A DNA stretch of 64,000 bases from Chloroflexota bacterium (GTDB lineage: Bacteria; Chloroflexota; Limnocylindria; P2-11E): NCBI GenBank assembly GCA_005887995.1, contig VBJD01000029.1:3326-67325 (forward strand). Direction: 5' to 3'. Below, piece after piece: positions 57,759 to 64,000 of this stretch. Below the pieces are notes generated by a model, which saw only the letters and a program-made list of their open reading frames with translations, did no database searches and was not told the origin of the DNA. Each line of letters starts with the position of its first letter. The first letter of the stretch is position 1. The position numbers and the translations under genes are program-made.

Positions 57759-58706
57759 CTAGCGCATCGCCTCCAGCAGAGGGGTTACATCGCGGTGGAA
57801 AGTGTCCATCTCGACGAGCGGTGTGTCCTTTAGGGACGGGATGCGCTTGTAGATCTCGTCCTCGTATGTCGGGAGCAGTGCCTCGTAGTAGACGCCGATC
57901 GGGATCGGCTCGCGCTCGTAGCTGCGCGCCACCGCGGCGGCCTTCTTCGCGACGATCTCCTCGGGGTCGCTCGGGTCCTGCACCTTGCCGTCGTAGCCGC
58001 GCTCCTCGAGCTTGTAGAGGCGCGATTTCTTCTCGGGGAGGTCCGCGCCTTCGTACCACTCCTTCGTGTACAGGTCGTTGTACGTCGGGCACGTTTGCAG
58101 AACGTCGACGAGCGCCGATCCCTTGTGCTGTATCGCGCGCGCGATGATCTGCGCGCAGTGCTTGGGGTCGAGGGCGTACGCACGCGCGATGAACGTGTAG
58201 CCCGCGGCGACGGCCATCGCGATCGGGTTGATGCCGTCCTGGATCGCCTGCTCGGGCATCGACTTCGTGCGCTTGCCCTTCGACAGCGTGGGTGAGGCCT
58301 GTCCCTTCGTGAGGCCGTACACGTTGTTGTTGTGCACGAGGTAGGTGAAGTCGAGGTTGCGCCGTCCAGTGTTCACGAAGTACCCCGCGCCGATCCCGTA
58401 GCCGTCGCCATCGCCGCCCAGCGCGATGACGGTGAGGGCGGTGTTCGCGAGGCGGCCGCCGGTCGCGACCGGGAGCACGCGGCCGTGGAGCGTGTGGAAG
58501 CCGTAGGCATTGATGTAGTGCGGTGTCTTGCCCGAGCAGCCGATCCCCGAGAACATCGCGACCTTGTCAGGGTCCAACTGCAGCTGCGCAAGCGCCATCT
58601 GAATGCCGGTCAGGATGCCGAAGTCCCCGCAGCCCGGGCACCAGTCGTTGTGCAGCTCCGACTTGTAGTCCTTGATCGTGAGCTTCACCGGCGCGCTAAC
58701 GGACAT
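57759..58706 (-). CDS. korB: 2-oxoacid:ferredoxin oxidoreductase, beta (TPP-binding) subunit
   Basis: 'WCPGCGDFGIL' and 'GGDGDGYGIGAGYF..TGRRN' (TPP GDG motif), with a typical KorB length of 315 aa. Confidence 0.92.
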   Translation of the reverse strand: MSVSAPVKLTIKDYKSELHNDWCPGCGDFGILTGIQMALAQLQLDPDKVAMFSGIGCSGKTPHYINAYGFHTLHGRVLPVATGGRLANTALTVIALGGDGDGYGIGAGYFVNTGRRNLDFTYLVHNNNVYGLTKGQASPTLSKGKRTKSMPEQAIQDGINPIAMAVAAGYTFIARAYALDPKHCAQIIARAIQHKGSALVDVLQTCPTYNDLYTKEWYEGADLPEKKSRLYKLEERGYDGKVQDPSDPEEIVAKKAAAVARSYEREPIPIGVYYEALLPTYEDEIYKRIPSLKDTPLVEMDTFHRDVTPLLEAMR

Positions 58707-60615
58707 TCGTCACCACCGCCTCGGTCTTGCCCGCGAGCGCGCCGCGGATCGCCGCGATCATCTCGTCCTCGCTGAACGGACGGCCGTCGAACTTGTTGAT
58801 TCGATCCTTGATGAGGAAGCCGGTCTCAGCCGCGATGTGCGTCGCGAGCTGACCGGAGTAGTTCTCCTCGATGCACACGACGCGCTTCGCGTTGCGCAGG
58901 ATGTCGCCGACGGCCTGCGCAGGGAACGGACGCATGAGTCGGCACTGCAGGAAGTTGATCTTCTTGCCCTCCGCCTCGAGCACCTTGATCGAGTCGAGGA
59001 CCGTGCCCTTCGTCGATCCCCACGCGACGATGGTGAGCTCCGCGTCGGCCGCACCGTGGAGCGTGAACTGCTGGTCCTGCGGGATCGCCTTCGCGACGAG
59101 CGCGAGCTTGCCCATGCGTTTGCGCATCATCGCGACGCGCATCTCGACGCCCTCGGTGATGTGACCGTCGGGGTCGTGCTCATCGGTCGTCGACCAGAAG
59201 CGCCCGCCCTGAATACCGGGACGGCTGCGCGGTGAGATGCCGTCCTTCGTGAGGGCGTAGCGCAGGTATTCCTTGAGCTCTCCGTTGCCGTGTCCGTTGC
59301 CGTTCGCCGCATGCCCGTCGTTGGGGCCCTTTGCGTCGACCGACGTCCACTCGCTGCCGGTGAAGAGCGCGCCGCGATCGATCTGGTCGTATTTCAGCTC
59401 GAGCTTGTCGATCGTGGTGTAGATCGCCGCGAGCTTCTTGTCCGAGAGCACGATGACCGGCAGCTGGTAGCGCTCGGCCCAGTTGAAGGCGCTGAAGATG
59501 TCCTGGTAGGTCTCGCGAAGGTCGCCCGGCGCGGTCACGATGTGCGGGAAATCGCCCTGCGCTGGATGGAGCGCGAAGAGCAGGTCACCCTGCTCCTGCC
59601 GCGTCGGGAGACCGGTCGATGGCCCGCCACGCTGGTACAGGACGAGCACCGGGCCGGGGGCCTCGGTGATGGACGCGAAGCCGATGCCCTCGACCATGAG
59701 CGCGAACCCAGGTCCGCTCGTCGCGGTCGAAGCACGCACGCCCATGTGCGACGCGCCGACGGCCATGTTGATCGACGAGATCTCGTCCTCGCACTGCACG
59801 ACGAGAAGGCCGTACTCGCGCTGATGCTTCTCGAGGAACACGCTCTCGTCGGTCGCGGGCGAGATGGGGTAGTACGTCTGCAGCGCGCACCCCGCCTTCA
59901 GCTTCGCGATCGCGGCGATCTCGTAGCCCTTCGCGAGGATGCGCGCCTTCGGCTCCGGTCCCGGCTTCAGCGTGTACGGGAATCCGTCGGCGTCGAAGTT
60001 GTCGCGGACGTGATCGAACGCGAGCCGCGCCGCGCGCACGTTGAGCTCGCCGACCTCGCTGCGCTTGCCCTTGAACTGACCGCGGATGACCTCGCCGACG
60101 AGGTCGAACGGGTAATCACAAAGCGCGAGCGACGCGCCGAGGCCGACGGTGTTCTTCATGACCTCATAGCGTCGCGCCTGTTCGCCCTTGCCGACCTCCT
60201 CCAGCGCCTTCTTGATGATCTCCATGAAGGGGACCGGGTAGAAGCGGAGTTCCGGACGACCGCTCTGGGACGGATCGAAATCGATCTCCGAGTCGTAGAT
60301 GACGCCGCCGCCCTCGTTCAGTTGGTGCAGGTGGCCGAAGTGCGTCGCCCAACGGCGATGATCGCCGTCGCCGGCGAGTGTCTCGTGGTCGAGCGCGACG
60401 AGGATGTCGGTGTTGTCGCGGTAGCTTCGCACGTCCTCATCGCCGACACGCACTCGATAGAACGAGTGCTTGCCCATGATGTTCGAGTGGTACTCGATGT
60501 TCGCGTAGACGCGGAGGCCTGCTCGCGAGCAAGCCTTGGCGAACACCTCGGCGGAGGCATTAATACCGCTGCCCTGGGGTCCGCCGATCATCCAGGTCAG
60601 CTGATTCTTCTGCAC
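58696..60615 (-). CDS. korA: 2-oxoacid:ferredoxin oxidoreductase, alpha (fused gamma-alpha) subunit
   Basis: N-terminal gamma-like 'IGGPQGSGINASAEVFA', then 'YPISPATD' and 'GASHMGVRASTATSGPGFALM'. GTG start at 60615. Confidence 0.92.
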   Translation of the reverse strand: MQKNQLTWMIGGPQGSGINASAEVFAKACSRAGLRVYANIEYHSNIMGKHSFYRVRVGDEDVRSYRDNTDILVALDHETLAGDGDHRRWATHFGHLHQLNEGGGVIYDSEIDFDPSQSGRPELRFYPVPFMEIIKKALEEVGKGEQARRYEVMKNTVGLGASLALCDYPFDLVGEVIRGQFKGKRSEVGELNVRAARLAFDHVRDNFDADGFPYTLKPGPEPKARILAKGYEIAAIAKLKAGCALQTYYPISPATDESVFLEKHQREYGLLVVQCEDEISSINMAVGASHMGVRASTATSGPGFALMVEGIGFASITEAPGPVLVLYQRGGPSTGLPTRQEQGDLLFALHPAQGDFPHIVTAPGDLRETYQDIFSAFNWAERYQLPVIVLSDKKLAAIYTTIDKLELKYDQIDRGALFTGSEWTSVDAKGPNDGHAANGNGHGNGELKEYLRYALTKDGISPRSRPGIQGGRFWSTTDEHDPDGHITEGVEMRVAMMRKRMGKLALVAKAIPQDQQFTLHGAADAELTIVAWGSTKGTVLDSIKVLEAEGKKINFLQCRLMRPFPAQAVGDILRNAKRVVCIEENYSGQLATHIAAETGFLIKDRINKFDGRPFSEDEMIAAIRGALAGKTEAVVTNVR

Positions 60616-60626
60616 GCGGAAGTCAT

Positions 60627-62036
60627 ATTGTAGGCCTCACGAACACCTCTCGCCGCGAAAAAGACACCCTCGGCGAGGTCCAAGTACCGGCCGACGCCTT
60701 GTGGGGCGCGCAGGCACAGCGGGGCATCGACAACTACGCGATCAGCGGGCTGCAGCCGTTCCCCGCGTTCATCCGCGCGCTTGTCTCGATCAAGAAGGCC
60801 GAGGCCATTGCGAACGCCGAGACCGGCCGTCTCGATGCGAAACGCCGCGACGCCATCGTGAAAGCCTGTGACGAGGTGCTCGCTGGCCAGCACATCGATC
60901 AGTTCGGGCTCGATCCATTCCACTCCGGCGCGGGCGTGTCGATGCACATGGTCGCGAACGAGGTGATCGCCAACCGCGCGAACCAGATCCTCGGCGGCGG
61001 TCTCGGCACGTACGAGCACGTCAACCCCAACGACCACGTGAACATGGGGCAGTCGACGAACGACGTAACCCCCACGGCGATGCGGCTCGCGCATCTCGAC
61101 CTCACGAAGACGCTGTACGCGGAGCTTGACAAGCTCGCCGACGTCTTCGCATCGAAGGCCGTCGAGTACGAGAACATCGTGAAGCCCGGCCGCACGCACC
61201 TGCAGGATGCGGTGCCCGTGACGTTCGGGCAGGAGATCGGCGGCTGGGGCGTCCGCATACGGAGCGCATCAGCGCGACTGCGCGCCGGTCGCAACGAGCT
61301 CTGCGAGCTGGGCATCGGCGGCACGGCGGCAGGCACCGGACTCAACGCGACGCCCGGCGTGCGCGAGCGAGTCTGTCAGTTGCTCGCGCAGTGGTACGAG
61401 GAGCCGATCGTCCCCGCGAAGGACCTCTTCGCCTCTATGCAGACGATGGCGCCATTTATCCGCATCTCGAGCGGCATGCGCACCGCGGCGATCGAAGTCT
61501 CGCAGATCTGCAACGACATGCGGCTGCTCGTGTCCGGCCCGAAGACCGGCTTCGGCGAGCTCATCCTTCCCGCGGTGCAGCCGGGCTCGTCGATCATGCC
61601 GGGCAAGGTGAACCCGGCGATCTGCGAGATGGTGAACATGGTCTGCTTCCAGGTCATCGGCAACGACACCGCGGTCGTGTGGGGCGCCGGCGCGGGGCAG
61701 CTCGAGCTGAACGTCATGATGCCGGGCATCAACTTCGCGATCTGCTTCTCCGCGACGATTTTCACGAACGCGGTCCGCACGCTGCGCACGAAATGCGTCG
61801 AAGGCATGCGCATCGACGAGGCGCGCGCGAAGGAGCTCATGGATCTCTCGCCCTCCCTCATCGTCACAGCGCTCTCGCCCCACATCGGCTATGCGAGGTC
61901 GGCGGAGCTCGTGAAGCGCGCGCTCGGCGAGAAGCGTCCGCTCATCGACGTCGCGCTCGAGGAGAAGGTCATGGAGAAGGAGAAGCTCGAGAAGGTCCTC
62001 GACGCGCTTCTCATGACGAAGGGTGGCGTGCAGTAG
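60627..62036 (+). CDS. Class II fumarase/aspartase-family lyase (aspartate ammonia-lyase-like by motif), start unresolved
   Basis: 'GSSIMPGKVNP' signature, 'VNMVCFQVIGNDT' and 'AGQLELNVM' (aspartase-like), and 'TNDV.PTA'. The conserved N-terminus 'RREKDTLGEVQVPADALWGAQ' lies upstream of the first canonical start (TTG 60699). Confidence 0.85.
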   Translation: MVGLTNTSRREKDTLGEVQVPADALWGAQAQRGIDNYAISGLQPFPAFIRALVSIKKAEAIANAETGRLDAKRRDAIVKACDEVLAGQHIDQFGLDPFHSGAGVSMHMVANEVIANRANQILGGGLGTYEHVNPNDHVNMGQSTNDVTPTAMRLAHLDLTKTLYAELDKLADVFASKAVEYENIVKPGRTHLQDAVPVTFGQEIGGWGVRIRSASARLRAGRNELCELGIGGTAAGTGLNATPGVRERVCQLLAQWYEEPIVPAKDLFASMQTMAPFIRISSGMRTAAIEVSQICNDMRLLVSGPKTGFGELILPAVQPGSSIMPGKVNPAICEMVNMVCFQVIGNDTAVVWGAGAGQLELNVMMPGINFAICFSATIFTNAVRTLRTKCVEGMRIDEARAKELMDLSPSLIVTALSPHIGYARSAELVKRALGEKRPLIDVALEEKVMEKEKLEKVLDALLMTKGGVQ

Positions 62037-62041
62037 CGCGC

Positions 62042-62434
62042 GTCGACGCCGCCGGCCACGACGGCAGCGTCCGCGTCCGGCCCCGCGAATCGTTCGAGGC
62101 GAAGCAGAAGATCCCGTACTACCTGGGCATCTCGGGCACGACGGCGGGCGCCACATCGCTTTCGCTCAACCTCATCGTGGTGCCGCCGCACTCGAAGGCC
62201 GAGCCGCACACGCACAGCGATTTCGAGAGCGCGATCTACGTCATCAGCGGCCGCGCCGTTCATCACTGGGGCGACGCGCTCCAGTACGAGATGGAGACGG
62301 TCGCGGGCGACTTTCTCTTCGTTGCGCCCGGCGTGCCGCACTACCCGGAGAATCCGTACGACGAGCCGGTGGTCGCGGTCGTCGCGCGCAACGATCCAGA
62401 AGAGCAGGAGCATGTGATCCCGTTCGCGCGCTGA
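62042..62434 (+). CDS. Cupin-domain protein, start unresolved
   Basis: 'VRVRPRESFEAKQKIPYYLGIS' and cupin motifs 'AEPHTHSDFESAIYVISG' and 'GDFLFVAPGVPHYPEN'. The first in-frame canonical start is GTG 62177, inside the fold. Confidence 0.65.
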   Translation, partial: VDAAGHDGSVRVRPRESFEAKQKIPYYLGISGTTAGATSLSLNLIVVPPHSKAEPHTHSDFESAIYVISGRAVHHWGDALQYEMETVAGDFLFVAPGVPHYPENPYDEPVVAVVARNDPEEQEHVIPFAR

Positions 62435-62453
62435 CCAGCGGCGAGCGGATTCG

Positions 62454-62768
62454 ATGGTGCGAGAGGTCGGTGTCGCGTTCCCGAATGACGAGGCGACGGC
62501 ACAGCTGATCGCTTCTCGTCTCCGCGCGGCAGGCATCGCGGCGCGAGTCGACCGCGGGCTCTGGGGCAGTTATCAGGTCGCGCCGCGCGGCCAGATCACC
62601 GTGCTCGTCGACGAGCGCCACGTGAAGCGCGCGCACGAAATCCTCGGCACGCAGCCTCGTCCCGCCGAGACGCCCCAGCCGATGCTGCAGTTCGGCATCG
62701 TGTTCGTGATCATCGCGCTCGCGATCGGCGCGGCCATGATCGTCGTGCTGCTGTCGCGCTTGGGCTAG
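62454..62768 (+). CDS. DUF2007-like small protein with C-terminal TM helix
   Basis: 'EATAQLIASRLRAAGIAARV...VLVDERHVKRAHEIL' fits the putative signal-transducing DUF2007 pattern. C-terminal TM 'FGIVFVIIALAIGAAMIVVLL'. Confidence 0.6.
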   Translation: MVREVGVAFPNDEATAQLIASRLRAAGIAARVDRGLWGSYQVAPRGQITVLVDERHVKRAHEILGTQPRPAETPQPMLQFGIVFVIIALAIGAAMIVVLLSRLG

Positions 62769-63472
62769 GCGGGCTCGACGACTTCGATCGCGCGCGTCCG
62801 TCGCTCGCGAATGCGCTTCACGATCCGACGCGTGAGGGCGTCCATCGCGGCATAGCCCGCACCCACGCCGCTCGGCGGATTCGCGGCGGGGAGCATGAAG
62901 AGCGGCAGTACCGGCGACCACGTCCAGATCCCGAGCGCCGTGCCGTAAAGCTCGAGCACGGAGGTCATCGCGAAGCTGACCGCATACAGGAGCGGCGCGG
63001 TACCGCGCACGATGAACCGTAGGAAGATCGCCCACGTGACGAACCCGAGCAGGTCGGGCAGCGGAAGCGTGAGGTTGCGGAGCATGTACAGCGTCGCGCC
63101 GACCGTCACCGCGATCGTGATCGCGCGGCTGTGTCGCGCGATCGCCGGTAGAGCGGCGAGGCGGAGCGCGGACAGATAGAAGAGACCGTGGCCGGCCGGT
63201 ACGTAGACCGGCAGGTTCTCGAGCCGGTAGCGGTACGCGCCCCAGACGATGGAGCCGATGACCTCGAGCACCGTCGCAACGCCGACGAGGACGAGCACCT
63301 GTACGCGGAGTTCTCGAGGCTGAAGACGGAGTGCGATGCCGAGGAACGCCCACGCGGAGAGACCGAGCACGAACTGCTGCGCGGCGCTCGTGCCGCGATC
63401 GACGGGCAACATGAGACCGATGAACGCAGCGAACGAGACGACGAGCGCGATGGTGCCGCGGCTGGAGAGCAC
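62765..63472 (-). CDS. Polytopic membrane protein (about 7 TM), unknown function
   Basis: 235-aa hydrophobic ORF. The GTG start is directly adjacent to the upstream stop. No motif recognised. Confidence 0.55.
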   Translation of the reverse strand: MLSSRGTIALVVSFAAFIGLMLPVDRGTSAAQQFVLGLSAWAFLGIALRLQPRELRVQVLVLVGVATVLEVIGSIVWGAYRYRLENLPVYVPAGHGLFYLSALRLAALPAIARHSRAITIAVTVGATLYMLRNLTLPLPDLLGFVTWAIFLRFIVRGTAPLLYAVSFAMTSVLELYGTALGIWTWSPVLPLFMLPAANPPSGVGAGYAAMDALTRRIVKRIRERRTRAIEVVEPA

Positions 63473-64000
63473 CTATTCGATGGTGATCGTCTTGATCTTG
63501 TCGCCGACGGCGATCTTCTGCACGAGGTCCATGCCGCTCGTGACCTGACCGAAATTCGTGTACTGCTTGTCGAGGAACGTCGAGTCCTTTTTCACCACAA
63601 ACCACTGGGAGCCGTTGTTGATCGCCGGGTCCTGACCGCGCGCGATGCCCGCCGCGCCGAGTTTGAACGAGAGATCGTTGTATTCGCTCGGCACCTGCTC
63701 GCCGCCTCGGCCCGTCCCCTGCGGATCGCCACCCTGTACGACCCAGTCCTCGACGCGGTGGAACGCGAGGTTGTTGTAGAAGCCACTGCGCGCCTTGTCC
63801 GCGAAGCGCCCGACGGTCTGCGGCGCTTTGTCCGGACGGAGCGCGATGGTGAAGGAGCCGCCTTTCGCGAGCTCGACGGTCGCCTTGCTCGGTGCGGGTG
63901 ATGGCGTTGGATTCTTCGTCGTCGTACCTCCCGATGCGCCGGACGTCGTGGTCGATCCGCATGCCGCGGCGATGAGCGCCGCGATCGTCTGTTGAAGGAA
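63473..64000 (-). CDS. Cyclophilin-type peptidyl-prolyl cis-trans isomerase, lipoprotein (5' end outside window)
   Basis: Reverse-strand translation from the window edge reads 'FLQQTIAALIAAACGSTTT...FYNNLAFHRVEDWVVQGGDPQGTGRGG...SQWFVV...FGQVTSGMDLVQKI'. The frame is open to nt 64000. The ORF track lists only the last 73 aa. Confidence 0.88.
   Translation of the reverse strand, partial: FLQQTIAALIAAACGSTTTSGASGGTTTKNPTPSPAPSKATVELAKGGSFTIALRPDKAPQTVGRFADKARSGFYNNLAFHRVEDWVVQGGDPQGTGRGGEQVPSEYNDLSFKLGAAGIARGQDPAINNGSQWFVVKKDSTFLDKQYTNFGQVTSGMDLVQKIAVGDKIKTITIE

Noticed and set aside
61980-62040. Programmed -1 frameshift fusing the lyase to the downstream cupin, as an explanation for the cupin's missing start.
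   Set aside because: No slippery heptamer (X XXY YYZ) or downstream stimulatory structure is visible near the lyase 3' end.

Overview
This is a very GC-rich, densely coding stretch of bacterial chromosome, with almost no non-coding DNA and many 4-nt stop/start overlaps. The content is mostly core housekeeping. It holds smc (3' part), ftsY, ffh, the rpsP-khpA-rimM-trmD-rplS ribosomal/tRNA-modification string, rnhB, yraN, comM, dprA, trpS and topA. It also holds a FemAB-FemAB-murE cell-wall block, phnDCE (minus strand), pyrF, tatA/B, secDF, an atypical FtsH-like protease, recJ, relA/spoT, typA and korAB. A fumarase/aspartase-family lyase and the 3' part of a cyclophilin complete the list. Interspersed are many secreted or lipoprotein beta-propeller and beta-helix proteins of unknown function. 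The gene order and the FemAB/MurE content suggest a high-GC Terrabacteria lineage such as Actinomycetota or Chloroflexota; this is inference only. I found no rRNA, tRNA, CRISPR array, transposase, integrase or recognisable defence system, and I cannot point to a clear-cut novel multi-gene system. Six observations seem most worth a second look. (1) A dispersed ~55-nt repeat family with a conserved G4/C4 hairpin has four copies, two of them embedded in coding sequence as an inverted pair. (2) A three-gene cassette encodes two paralogous single-pass membrane proteins plus an FtsH-like AAA-metalloprotease that lacks a periplasmic domain. (3) The SMC coiled coil carries a near-perfect in-frame 174-bp tandem duplication. 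(4) TrmD carries a C-terminal double helix-turn-helix extension. (5) Three genes in the 51-62 kb region have conserved N-termini with no canonical start codon. (6) A structured AT-richer leader/terminator lies immediately upstream of topA. Most long antisense or out-of-frame ORFs in the track are GC-content artefacts. All similarity calls come from reading motifs by eye; no database search was run.
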